In this document: piece by piece, positions 50,130 through 60,167 of the stretch
How the letters are laid out: every line of letters starts with the position of its first letter
How positions within the stretch are numbered: position 1 is the stretch's first letter
Virus record (IMG/VR): IMGVR_UViG_3300014808_000001
Coordinates: 83,720 to 147,719 of that record
Reading direction: 5' to 3' (one strand)
DNA length: 64,000 bases
DNA from: a virus
Notes under the pieces: generated by a model
Told to the model about the DNA's origin: nothing
The model's database searches: none
Seen by the model: only the letters and a program-made list of their open reading frames with translations
Translations under genes and position numbers: made by a program

Positions 50130-50792
50130 TCATTTCAGTTCTTTAATTAAAGCATCCGCATATATTACAGCTAATTCAGCCGCCTTATCACACGCTTCCA
50201 ATATTAATTCACCGTGAGGTCCACGTCCTGATACGGATGTGATAGGAAGTATGGTTTTTGCTATCTCGTATCTACGTTGTTCCCAATCTACATGGGTGTT
50301 ACACGGTTCTTGATTGACCTGTATATATCTTCCTTCAATATTAGAAGATCTTAATGTTTCCGCATTCTCTTCGCCGAATGCAACCAGAATAGACCCACAT
50401 CCTGGACTTTCATCTATTGTTCCATCTTCTCTGTGGAATTTTATCCTTCCTTTCATGAACAATATACCTTTTGCTTTCGGGAATACAACATCCTGAAACA
50501 TCTTATTGTCAAGACGATTAAAAAGAAGAGCTATTCCATTATTGTGCTCTACCATACGAGTAATAAAATGCTCTATAGTCGGTCTTGAATGAGGTGGGTT
50601 TAACCATACCCTTCCTTCCCATTTTTGTTTTAATCCATCTTGCTCTTTGTTATACATAACCCTGGCTGTCCTCCATAACGGACGCATAGGCGCACATGGA
50701 TCTAAATCAAATTCCCCTAAAGCGTCTATAATTTCTTTAGGTGTGTACCATTCATCTGTACTGTTTTTAGATTTCTCAAATGATGTATTCAT
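50130..50792 (-). CDS. phage Dam-family DNA N6-adenine methyltransferase
   Basis: STDEWYTPKEIIDALGEFDLDPCA N-terminal signature and LNPPHS catalytic motif. Confidence 0.7.
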   Translation of the reverse strand: MNTSFEKSKNSTDEWYTPKEIIDALGEFDLDPCAPMRPLWRTARVMYNKEQDGLKQKWEGRVWLNPPHSRPTIEHFITRMVEHNNGIALLFNRLDNKMFQDVVFPKAKGILFMKGRIKFHREDGTIDESPGCGSILVAFGEENAETLRSSNIEGRYIQVNQEPCNTHVDWEQRRYEIAKTILPITSVSGRGPHGELILEACDKAAELAVIYADALIKELK

Positions 50793-50810
50793 ATATCTAT
50801 GTTTTATAAG

Positions 50811-51473
50811 TTAATCCCATCCTCCAGTAGTGTACAAAGATACATCTTCCTCCTCTACGTTTATACCTTTAATAGCCTGTAGAAGTTTTTTCTTTGTCTC
50901 CCGGCACATATTGTAACCATATCCTTTATACCGATATGAGCGCTCCCATGTACTTACCGGAAAAGGGATATTCTCGTCAATAACCAGTCTCTTCATATGA
51001 AGATGTTCGAAGAATTTCTCATGATAGAGTAGTTTGTACTCGTATGCTACTATACTTGCAGATGAGAATGGAAAATAATCATCTTCTTTTTCTTCGTATT
51101 TAGGCTCCTTATAGTAGGCCATTTTTGCCACAGTAAAGTCGAAGCTCCTGAGAATCTCTTCTGGCTTTCCGAACTCTGACTCTATGAACTCTACCCATAC
51201 CTTTTCTCCCTCTTTCTGGAATGCGTATACCTTCTCATTCCTATACTTAAATTTCCATCCTTCTTTCTGATGTCTTCCATCATTGAACAAATTAACAGCT
51301 TCCTGAAAATCGCTTTCACTTTCAAAGAAAATATCAATATCTTTTACTTTTTCTCCGGAAAGGATATTCTTAAAACATCCACCAGCTATGAACCCTTTGT
51401 GGCCTTCCATATACTTATCAAGCCATCTTATTTGCCAGAAATTATCTGGAGTATCTATTACAAAATTATTCAT
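50811..51473 (-). CDS. minimal nucleotidyltransferase of the polyA-polymerase / CCA-adding enzyme head-domain family
   Basis: GFIAGGCFKNILSGEKVKDIDIFF (GG..R/K...G...KDIDI) and LRSFDFTVAKMAY (RRDFTxNA-like) motifs. Confidence 0.55.
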   Translation of the reverse strand: MNNFVIDTPDNFWQIRWLDKYMEGHKGFIAGGCFKNILSGEKVKDIDIFFESESDFQEAVNLFNDGRHQKEGWKFKYRNEKVYAFQKEGEKVWVEFIESEFGKPEEILRSFDFTVAKMAYYKEPKYEEKEDDYFPFSSASIVAYEYKLLYHEKFFEHLHMKRLVIDENIPFPVSTWERSYRYKGYGYNMCRETKKKLLQAIKGINVEEEDVSLYTTGGWD

Positions 51474-51753
51474 ATCGTTTGTATTTTACTGTTACCAAGC
51501 GAGATAAAAATTCCGCTTCACAATAATACAGTGAGTGTAATTGCTCAGGTTGATTCCGTTGTCCGTAAATGTATCCAGGACTCGTTTTTCCACGTATTTG
51601 AGTTTTACTGTTATCCCCTTCTTAAACACTTCTATTAACTTCTCATTGCACTCAATAGGCCCAATAAGACAGTATCTATTCGAAGGACTGTCTGATATAC
51701 AATATGTCTGACATCCTAACATGTTGCTTAAAATTACTTCGTTCATAATTTCT

Positions 51754-52230
51754 CTATGATTCTAATATGGTGTCTACAAACTCCGTTATTTTATCAACGG
51801 ATTCTTTTGATAAGGTATATCTTCTCCAATCCCATCTAAAATGCGCTTTTGGGAGATTTTTAGTAGAATATTTTTCATTTCCGTCCTTGTTAGTCCATTC
51901 GTAATTATCCTCCGGATCCGCCACTTTTATCCCCGATTTAGGTCCGTTACGAAAGCTATATAGCATTCTTATAACCGATTCAAAATCCGAACCTATATCA
52001 AATAGCATATGATACACCTTGTTTATTAAAGCCCTATCAGCTTGTTCCAAGTCTTCACCAAACAACTCTCTTACACTCCAATTTTTCATTTCTGAATAAC
52101 GAATGAAATTAAGTTTCCCTTTTTCTATATTAGGATTTTTTCTTGATAATACAAGCTCCAAATCTTTCACAAATGATTCTTTTAGCTTCTGTTGTCCTAA
52201 CAAGGCGGCGTATTTACTTACTATATCCAT
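51754..52230 (-). CDS. hypothetical protein (158 aa)
   Basis: ORF. Confidence 0.4.
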   Translation of the reverse strand: MDIVSKYAALLGQQKLKESFVKDLELVLSRKNPNIEKGKLNFIRYSEMKNWSVRELFGEDLEQADRALINKVYHMLFDIGSDFESVIRMLYSFRNGPKSGIKVADPEDNYEWTNKDGNEKYSTKNLPKAHFRWDWRRYTLSKESVDKITEFVDTILES

Positions 52231-52433
52231 TATCCAAAGTTTTTTAATATTGCTCCAAACGAATCATATTTAACCCCTAATACATCATGCGCCTTTTGGG
52301 ATCCACATTCACATTTTCCTACCTTCTGTCCTGATCCACACCCGCATAAGTCTATTCCCCAATGGTTGACGCAGTGGTTGCAGCAGCAGCAGAACTGGTG
52401 AAGCCATGTGGCATCACCAGTATCCAAATCCAA
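52230..52433 (-). CDS. hypothetical small Cys-rich protein (67 aa)
   Basis: CCCCNHCVNH ... CGCGSG ... CEC. Confidence 0.3.
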   Translation of the reverse strand: MDLDTGDATWLHQFCCCCNHCVNHWGIDLCGCGSGQKVGKCECGSQKAHDVLGVKYDSFGAILKNFG

Positions 52434-52528
52434 TTTTTCAAATGTTTCTCAAAACATGCTATTCGAAGCACCATTATCAAATCTGATAGTGACTGCGCCG
52501 CATTTACATTTTTGTATGTATTCTATTT

Positions 52529-52975
52529 TCATATATGTTCCATTTTCAAAATTTCTGGGGACAGATATTCTTGTAACTCCAATTTGCGTATTGGGACAAG
52601 ACAATCCAGATGTTTAGCGTCCATTTCTTGCCTATTCTCATCTACCCACATTAAAGTATCTTTACTGCTACATTCCGGACATTTGTCAGCTCCACATGGA
52701 AGAAGCATTTGTGCTCCACATAAGACACATCTTACCCAGTCTCCGTGCTGCACCCCTTCGTATGTTCTTGTTTTCATATTTGTCATTTTATCATTTACAA
52801 CTTTCACTTCTTCGCTCCACAAACGTATCTTATATATCGGAGTGATGCCGATCAGAATACCACTATCTTCACCCCAATACTGAAGTGTTTTGGACTCGAT
52901 TTTATGATGCAATTCCTGTATTCCTCCTTTGTTTCTGTCATAAGGATAAAAATCAGATAACTTTATCGTTTTCAT
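52529..52975 (-). CDS. hypothetical zinc-ribbon protein (148 aa)
   Basis: CVLCG ... CPEC. Confidence 0.4.
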   Translation of the reverse strand: MKTIKLSDFYPYDRNKGGIQELHHKIESKTLQYWGEDSGILIGITPIYKIRLWSEEVKVVNDKMTNMKTRTYEGVQHGDWVRCVLCGAQMLLPCGADKCPECSSKDTLMWVDENRQEMDAKHLDCLVPIRKLELQEYLSPEILKMEHI

Positions 52976-53709
52976 TTTTCTGGATTTTCAGCAGTTTCTA
53001 AAAGACATCCATTGCCCTCAAAAGGAATGCAATAATCCCATAATGTTCCATTGGAACATTCATACTTATAAGGCAATCCATTATAATCGTCCACAATTTC
53101 CCTTGCAAACAAACTGATATTCCATTTTTTATTTCCTTCTTTTCTTACCAGCACTTTGTCAAACGGCTTAAAATCATATTTCGGCTCTTCTTTAATCCCG
53201 AAGAAGCGTTTCAGATATTCTTTTGCTTTAGGATTTTCGCTTTTCTTTAACGCTTTAATCATCTTCTGTTTTTCCGAATCTGTTGCAAGTCTATAACATT
53301 CTATGTGGTTTTCGTGTGCAGCCAAATCATCCAATATATTAAGACTTGTTCCCGCTGCAAGACTCGCATACAAAGATGTTAAATATTTCCCATGCATATT
53401 TAAAATAAAAATATAACTTCCATCTTTGTTGCTTAACACATCTCCATCTTTAAATGTAGTATATTCCGGGACTTCAAGAAGGAGGCGATTTTCGCTGCTA
53501 AATGCTTTTCCTGTAGCAGAAAACCAATCTGCCGATACAGAAATAGAATGAATTACAACCAATAACGGACAAATTGACGAATTGTCTTCATATACTATTT
53601 CTGCTCTATTTCGTCCTTTCTCTGTCACAATACGACCTGCTATTTCCCCTATGTTTATTTTTTTCGCCGTTTCTAAATCAAACGGGATTGTTACTGTTTT
53701 CTGTTCCAT
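52972..53709 (-). CDS. hypothetical protein, intact member of a tandem paralog pair (245 aa)
   Basis: N-term IPFDLETAKKINIGEIAG and C-term KPFDKVLVRKEGNKKWNISLF ... CIPFEGNG match the neighbouring split copy. Confidence 0.5.
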   Translation of the reverse strand: MEQKTVTIPFDLETAKKINIGEIAGRIVTEKGRNRAEIVYEDNSSICPLLVVIHSISVSADWFSATGKAFSSENRLLLEVPEYTTFKDGDVLSNKDGSYIFILNMHGKYLTSLYASLAAGTSLNILDDLAAHENHIECYRLATDSEKQKMIKALKKSENPKAKEYLKRFFGIKEEPKYDFKPFDKVLVRKEGNKKWNISLFAREIVDDYNGLPYKYECSNGTLWDYCIPFEGNGCLLETAENPEK

Positions 53710-53713
53710 AATT

Positions 53714-54450
53714 TTATTTGTTTTTATTAGTTCCTAAAAGATATTCGTTCCCTTCGTATGGGATACACTGACTAAATCCTATCCCTCCTAAGCATTCGTA
53801 TTTATTATCTCCTACTGATTCTCTGGAAAATAGATGCAATTTCCACCTCTCTTGGTTAGTTCTTCTTACCAATACTCGTTCAAATGGTTTGAAGTCATGT
53901 TTCGGCATCTCATCTAATAGATACTCATATTCACTTAAATATCGTTTTATTATATCTATTTTTCTACTGTCTTCGACTTTTATAATCTTTTCTGCTAAAA
54001 ATTTCTTCTCTTCTTCTATAGCCTTTCTTACATGCCGTTTTTATCTTCGTCATACACATGAGTCCATAATTTGTAATCAAACCCAATATCTCCAAATTTT
54101 GCCATTCCGCATATACATCCCATTATCCCTTTGGTAATAATTCCATCATATATGAATTGATATCCATTAGTGCTTGTTAATACATCTCCTTTCTTGAAAT
54201 ACGCCCCAGCCTCTACTTTCAATTCCAGAGTGGTGCCGCCAATAGTACAACCTTCCGTGTTGGCATATATAGAACTTATTCCATATCCATCTTTTCTTAC
54301 AAAAAGTGAATTATAAGGACCGGCGCAGTCTTTCGACTCATATACAAATTCTATCTCAATATTATCAATTAATACCGAACCTTCTATTTCTCCGCTTTTA
54401 ATTTTTCTCGCCGTATTTAAATCAAACGGAACAATAATTGGATTTTCCAT
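53714..54450 (-). pseudogene. second copy of the paralog, split into 140-aa and 64-aa ORFs by a frameshift at a T5 tract (54037-54041); possibly a pseudogene, programmed frameshift or sequence error
   Basis: 54028-54450 N-domain VPFDLNTARKIKSGEIEG, 53714-53908 C-domain KPFERVLVRRTNQERWKLHLF ... CIPYEGN; the frame upstream of 53908 stays open to 54040 and encodes paralog-like linker sequence. Confidence 0.45.
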
Positions 54451-54496
54451 ATCTTTTTATTTTTAATTATGTAATCAATAAAACAAGATGGACTAC

Positions 54497-55561
54497 TTAC
54501 ACCCATCCCAGTTGTTTTGCTATTCTCTCCATTTCGTTATATGCTATCCTATGACATCCAGCGGTTAGCAAATCGTTTTCGTACCGATTTAGACTCCACT
54601 GGTGACCGGTGACGTCCTCCACCAGACCGTGCCGAAACTCGGCGCCCCGGTGCATTGCCGACACAGCCCGCCACAGTTTTCTGGCTTCTGCTATTCCAAT
54701 CTTTATCTGTTTACTTGTCTCAATAATATTTCCTTTTATACGAATCCAGGCGTTAGGTTTTTCACCAGGAATATAGAAAGGTGTATTCAAGAAATTGATT
54801 TCTCCTGACTTCCACTCTTCCAGTTTTTCATCAAAATCCTTGTAACGGGCTTCTTCTTCCTTTCTTAATCTCTCTAATTTTATTCTTTCTCTTTCTTCCT
54901 CACCCTTTCTCCATCTTTCAGATCTTTCTGAATACTTAATCCATGTACCTTCCCCGCAAACTTCATCTACAATCACATTAACGGTTCCAAGGACTTCCAG
55001 TGCTTGATGATTCAACAATATCTGGAAAATGTGTTTCAATTCACGGACATGCTCACGTTTAATCTTATCTGATTTATATGATAATTCATGGTTAGTTCCA
55101 AGCCATTCGTTTGCGCTCTTTTTAAGAAGACGTTGGGGAGTTTCCATATCAAAGAACTCAATATAATCCATAATATTTTTAAAATTCCCCCAAACATCCC
55201 GATAAGACAATTCGGTTCTTGCTTTTTTGTATTTTTCAATAGCGTCTTTAATGGATTCCAACATATTGGTAACAAAGAGCATGTTACCGATACAATATGA
55301 TATATTACATTCAACATAGAACACCTTTGAGCCAGTTGGTATTGCTTCACGAACATAATGTTGATGCTTGCTTGTAGTAGAAGAATAGTATGTATCATTA
55401 ATCAAATACGCCTTTTCTCCACGCTTGTTCCGTACGATTCTTCCGATTTCAAAATGTCTTCCATAGGAGTAAATACTTTCACCTTCAAAATAGAAGTTAC
55501 TACCATTCGCTGATTCTTCTTGTTCATGAGCCCACAAGTGAGCGACCATTGAATTGTTCAT
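54497..55561 (-). CDS. hypothetical protein (354 aa)
   Basis: ORF; GC-rich C-terminal coding segment. Confidence 0.45.
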   Translation of the reverse strand: MNNSMVAHLWAHEQEESANGSNFYFEGESIYSYGRHFEIGRIVRNKRGEKAYLINDTYYSSTTSKHQHYVREAIPTGSKVFYVECNISYCIGNMLFVTNMLESIKDAIEKYKKARTELSYRDVWGNFKNIMDYIEFFDMETPQRLLKKSANEWLGTNHELSYKSDKIKREHVRELKHIFQILLNHQALEVLGTVNVIVDEVCGEGTWIKYSERSERWRKGEEERERIKLERLRKEEEARYKDFDEKLEEWKSGEINFLNTPFYIPGEKPNAWIRIKGNIIETSKQIKIGIAEARKLWRAVSAMHRGAEFRHGLVEDVTGHQWSLNRYENDLLTAGCHRIAYNEMERIAKQLGWV

Positions 55562-55872
55562 ATAAATATCTTTTTAATTGTTCAACTTACCTTTATCATA
55601 TGACATTCTTTTTTCGTATTTTTCAATACGTTCGGTTATCATATCGCAGAAAATTTGCCCCTCTTTTTCGGAACCTCTGAAGTAACCAATCATCTTCAGG
55701 ATATTCCCGTTAAACTCATGGACAAACTTATTGTAATAATGTTCTCCCATAACTTTCCCGTATTTTTCTATGAACAAATCCTTGTCCAACGATTCATCTT
55801 TAAAACAACGGTTGTAATCCCATATTACGACACGAAGTAACGTTTCAAAATCCAACCTTTCCATATCCTGTA

Positions 55873-56769
55873 TTATTTAAGTTCAAACTTGATGCCTTCC
55901 GGCAACTGAGAGCGGTCTACGTTATTCACAAAATCATCAAACTCTTCCTGTGTGATTTTTCCTCCATAATCGTTCCAGTTGAAAAATAAAGTGTTCGTGT
56001 GAGGATAATATATAACATTATTAATTGGCAATCCATAATCAAACACACAGAGTATTATCTTCTTTTCTGCTTCTGCTTGTCTGATTTTTTTATCGTATCG
56101 CTCACAAATTTCAGCACGTTTTGCCGCCATCTTTGCTTTATGGGCTTCCACTCTGCGTTTCTCTATATTTTCTGAGGAATAATGCCCGGCTTTAATACGC
56201 TCTTCAATAAGAGATCGTTCCTCGTCCGTTAGTGTTAAAACAAATCTTTCTTCTTCCGGCTTATATGGATTAACCCACTTCTTTCCACACAATTTTTCAA
56301 GTTCCGCAATAAGCTCTTCTGATTCTCTTTTCCATCTATCCACAATCCCAAGATTGAAAAGCTGATACTTGAAATACAACTCATCCTCAGAGGCTTTATA
56401 TAATTCTGCGCATTCTTGTTCTGATATACGCAAATACTCCATTGCTACAGACATGCCACTTCTTCTAACGTGATATATGCCATTTTCCACCGGATACATA
56501 GGAGCACCATAATGGTTACAAAGATGCAACGATATGAATTTTGCCAATTCCGGAAAATGTTTTGCAACTTCATCGTGACAGCAGCCTCCCATATACTCCT
56601 TGTATTGTCCACGTTGATTTTTCCATCTAACATCGGCTGTTACTCTCCAGTCACACATATTGTTATGACAATCATCATCTAAAGATACTGTGACTGTTAT
56701 TCTGTATTCTTCTTTGTTTTCTGTAAAGAATTTTGTACTTAAATAAGTTAGTTTGTTTGCAGTTTCCAT
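55873..56769 (-). CDS. hypothetical protein (298 aa)
   Basis: ORF. Confidence 0.45.
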   Translation of the reverse strand: METANKLTYLSTKFFTENKEEYRITVTVSLDDDCHNNMCDWRVTADVRWKNQRGQYKEYMGGCCHDEVAKHFPELAKFISLHLCNHYGAPMYPVENGIYHVRRSGMSVAMEYLRISEQECAELYKASEDELYFKYQLFNLGIVDRWKRESEELIAELEKLCGKKWVNPYKPEEERFVLTLTDEERSLIEERIKAGHYSSENIEKRRVEAHKAKMAAKRAEICERYDKKIRQAEAEKKIILCVFDYGLPINNVIYYPHTNTLFFNWNDYGGKITQEEFDDFVNNVDRSQLPEGIKFELK

Positions 56770-57025
56770 ATTATTTTAGTTTAATCATTACACTTATGAA
56801 AAATAAAATCTGCACACTCTCCGGGAAGTGTTCCTGCGTCATTACAACGGTAAAACCCTTGTGTTTCCAAATCTACATCTACCGGATAACCTTCTGCTTT
56901 TTTCAAAAAAGCATCTATTTCCTGTATTTCTTCTTCAGACAGTCCTGAATAATCACCGTTTATCAGAGCGCAAGCCCAATAAATCGGAAGCCTGTATCTT
57001 ATTATTTCTATCATACCACCTTCGT

Positions 57026-57331
57026 TTATACGCATTCTATTATATCCACATCATCAATTTGAGCAACCTGTACACCTTCGTCGTTTTCTATGATATATAC
57101 ATTAACTGCAAAAGGCGAACAGAAACCATTTTTTGATTCTCCTCCAGTGATGGGATTATTATCCTCATCTAACCCACCCCATACCTCAAAATGATATTTT
57201 CCGAAATCAAAATAAGAGAACCAGACATTATTGTCTTCATGTATTTCAATCTCTTTTTTATCTATTTTGTAATTATGTTTACACCCACCATATTTAAATG
57301 ATATGGTTATATATTTATCAAATTCTTTCAT
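57026..57331 (-). CDS. hypothetical protein (101 aa)
   Basis: ORF. Confidence 0.35.
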   Translation of the reverse strand: MKEFDKYITISFKYGGCKHNYKIDKKEIEIHEDNNVWFSYFDFGKYHFEVWGGLDEDNNPITGGESKNGFCSPFAVNVYIIENDEGVQVAQIDDVDIIECV

Positions 57332-57332
57332 T

Positions 57333-57725
57333 TTATATCTTCATTAGTCTGCAATTTGCATCTTCAAATACCGGAATCATCCCTTGTTCTCTAAAATAAG
57401 CAGTGGCCACTTTAAAAGCATACAGCGGATTTACTTTCTGGATTTCCCGCTGTGATTTGTAGAAAGATAACGGTTGACATACATAGAAGTTTTCATTGCC
57501 AAGACTCCCAAAAAGCCAATCCATACTACCTTCATCACAATTAGTGCCACCCAGTATTATTAAATCACATCCGGTCTTTCTGGTTCCAAGAATAAATATC
57601 TTATTCTTGTTTTTCGGTTGCATAAATATCTCCTTGTCGATTTTAAACCAGTCACTCTGGCAACTCTCCACATCCCGACGAACGATTTCGTCAATTTCAC
57701 GGGCATATTCTTCTTGTGTTTTCAT
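57333..57725 (-). CDS. hypothetical protein (130 aa)
   Basis: ORF. Confidence 0.4.
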   Translation of the reverse strand: MKTQEEYAREIDEIVRRDVESCQSDWFKIDKEIFMQPKNKNKIFILGTRKTGCDLIILGGTNCDEGSMDWLFGSLGNENFYVCQPLSFYKSQREIQKVNPLYAFKVATAYFREQGMIPVFEDANCRLMKI

Positions 57726-57762
57726 AAGATATGTTATTAAAAATGATAACTAAATATGTTTC

Positions 57763-58176
57763 TTAAAAGAAACTCCAACAAAATGTTACGATAAATTCTC
57801 CCATTCCGTATTCAGCAAGTTGCTTAAACGATTCTATCCCATTGCAGTAACAAAAAACATCATCATTGTCATCATCGTTGATGTTCAATGATAGTTTCAT
57901 TGTCTTTCTTTGTTCATCTCCTGTCTCTTTCCGTACAATCTGACATTCTACGTATTCAGGCTCCTTCCCTGTTCTTTCTACAAATTCATGAAACCTTAAA
58001 TCAATTTCATGTTTGACTTCTTCAATGTTGGATATTATCACCTCGTTTTCACAATTCGAGCAAATAGCATGCATAAAAGATCCATCAAAATAATCTATTA
58101 TTTTTCCGGTATTCGGATTTACTATGGCTTCACAAGCAACATTTGTTCCACCACATCTTGTACATATATATCCCAT
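57763..58176 (-). CDS. hypothetical zinc-ribbon protein (137 aa)
   Basis: CTRCG ... CSNC. Confidence 0.4.
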   Translation of the reverse strand: MGYICTRCGGTNVACEAIVNPNTGKIIDYFDGSFMHAICSNCENEVIISNIEEVKHEIDLRFHEFVERTGKEPEYVECQIVRKETGDEQRKTMKLSLNINDDDNDDVFCYCNGIESFKQLAEYGMGEFIVTFCWSFF

Positions 58177-58319
58177 AATTATCTGTTTTTAAAATGTTCA
58201 ACAATTTCATCTACTGTAGCCTTACGCCACGCAAAGCAGGCCCCGTCTCCCCTGAACCGGAGCTCTTCGCACTTTCCCACCTGTCTCCTGTGGCGTCCGT
58301 CACTATCAGCCATTATAAC

Positions 58320-59129
58320 CTATTCTTCTAAATCATTCTCTATCATAACTTCCTTTATCAATTCATCTGTCTCCTCGTAACATCCCCAGCAAGAATCAAC
58401 CTCTTCCCATTCTTCACAATCTTCATCCTCTCTTGATTCGTCTTTGTATTTCTTGGTAAATGCTACCTTCTTTTCAAGAACGTACCCTTTTACATCTCCC
58501 CACATCCACATACCTATGGACTTTACTTCATTATCTATAATTTTGGCACAATCTTCTTTCCAGTCTCCTTCCTTATCGCAGACTTCATTATCATATTTTT
58601 CTTTTGTAACGTATGCTATCCCTTTTATATAATCACCTTGACTATAACCCCTTGTTGACCACTCTATAGCCACCACATCTTTTCCATATTTGGATATGAT
58701 ATCTAACAAATCTTCGTCATCCAGATCCTCTATTAATTCCCCTCTGCAATCAAAGTCCGTCAAATCACTTGGAAAAAACTCTTGACCTATATATGGACTT
58801 GTCTTATGCTTCAACTCCCATACATTGCCACCTCTGTTGTATGTGAATGAGATCCCATTCGCTTCCCCTTTCTTTAAATATTTTACAATGTCTTTCTGTT
58901 CTATATGCTTCATTACAATAGCATCAATAACATCTCTAAGATTATGCTTGTTATCGTAGAAGAAAGTTTTCCAATTGCATTCATCATGCAATCGATGCAT
59001 ATCAGAGTATTCAAAAAAGAATGACCCAAACAAACCCCAATTAGTTATAGGGCATTCTGAATCACGGCAATAATACACTTTAATGCGATAATCACCTACT
59101 TCTTTTGTTGTAATAAGATCGTCTTCCAT
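58320..59129 (-). CDS. hypothetical acidic protein (269 aa)
   Basis: ORF. Confidence 0.45.
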   Translation of the reverse strand: MEDDLITTKEVGDYRIKVYYCRDSECPITNWGLFGSFFFEYSDMHRLHDECNWKTFFYDNKHNLRDVIDAIVMKHIEQKDIVKYLKKGEANGISFTYNRGGNVWELKHKTSPYIGQEFFPSDLTDFDCRGELIEDLDDEDLLDIISKYGKDVVAIEWSTRGYSQGDYIKGIAYVTKEKYDNEVCDKEGDWKEDCAKIIDNEVKSIGMWMWGDVKGYVLEKKVAFTKKYKDESREDEDCEEWEEVDSCWGCYEETDELIKEVMIENDLEE

Positions 59130-59177
59130 GTCTTTATATTTTAAATAGTTCTTAATTTTTCTGCTGCTGTCATAATA

Positions 59178-59492
59178 TTAATCTGTTATTCTGTAATAAT
59201 AATCAAGTTCTTCTCCCTTAAAGTTGTTCATGGCATACTCGTCAGCTTCTCGCCACAACCGGTCATACAGTGCAGCCAGTTTACGATTGCTTTCATAATG
59301 TTGCCAGATTTTATGATTCAATACAAGCGTTAATTCCGTGAAAAACTTATAATCATCTTTCCATTCACTGAATGCACGTTTGTAGGTATCCTTGACACCT
59401 GCTATACCATACTTGTCGGCTATGCTGAAATCTTCCCAAAAGGTAGTCATTGGGTCATAGCCTACTTCTTTCATAAATTCTTTAAATGTCAT
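59178..59492 (-). CDS. hypothetical protein (104 aa)
   Basis: ORF. Confidence 0.4.
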   Translation of the reverse strand: MTFKEFMKEVGYDPMTTFWEDFSIADKYGIAGVKDTYKRAFSEWKDDYKFFTELTLVLNHKIWQHYESNRKLAALYDRLWREADEYAMNNFKGEELDYYYRITD

Positions 59493-59798
59493 AAGCTATT
59501 ATTTTAGGTATATGATTGCCTAAATTCATAATATTTGTATCGTTTTCATTGTTCACTATCTGACTAATATACGACCCTGGCCACAGACAGCCAGGCCGAC
59601 CTCATGGCAGGGCAGGCTCCACCTTACCCTGGCTGTTCTGCCCACTCCCTGTACCCTACGTTAAAACCAATAGGATCATACCTTTTGATCATAGTGCCGT
59701 AATTCTCTCTACCGCAATACCTGTTCTTTCCTCCAATGATCCATGTTTCATCGTCTCTATCTGGAGATATGGAGTTAAGAAACTTCTCATAATCTTTT

Positions 59799-60167
59799 CT
59801 ACTCTTTCCCATCTTTGTCTTGATTTAAACAATAGTTAATAAAATAAGCAACCTGTTCATTTTCCCCTGTATTATCATAATCACCTAAAGTCATATCATC
59901 ATAATCCAGCAGAACTATACGAAAATCGTTTTTTTTGACATACACTTCCGTTAAATACATAGGAATCCCAGCAATTTCTATTATCACCGGAAACTGATCA
60001 TCGAAGTCAAACGCATCATTAGTTTCTTTAAACTCTTTAAATTCTTTGAATTTTAGCTTTATACTTCCACCGTTCTCCACTAATGCCTCTTTGATGTACT
60101 TTAATCTTTTTGCATTCAGATCAACCTCTGCTTTTTCTATTTCTTTGTACAATTCATTCAGATCCAT
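59799..60167 (-). CDS. hypothetical protein (122 aa)
   Basis: ORF. Confidence 0.4.
   Translation of the reverse strand: MDLNELYKEIEKAEVDLNAKRLKYIKEALVENGGSIKLKFKEFKEFKETNDAFDFDDQFPVIIEIAGIPMYLTEVYVKKNDFRIVLLDYDDMTLGDYDNTGENEQVAYFINYCLNQDKDGKE

Noticed and set aside
59624-59812. 62-aa minus-strand ORF overlapping the GC-rich element
   Set aside because: Short, with its C-terminus formed by the atypical GC-rich hairpin region. More likely non-coding, though not excluded.
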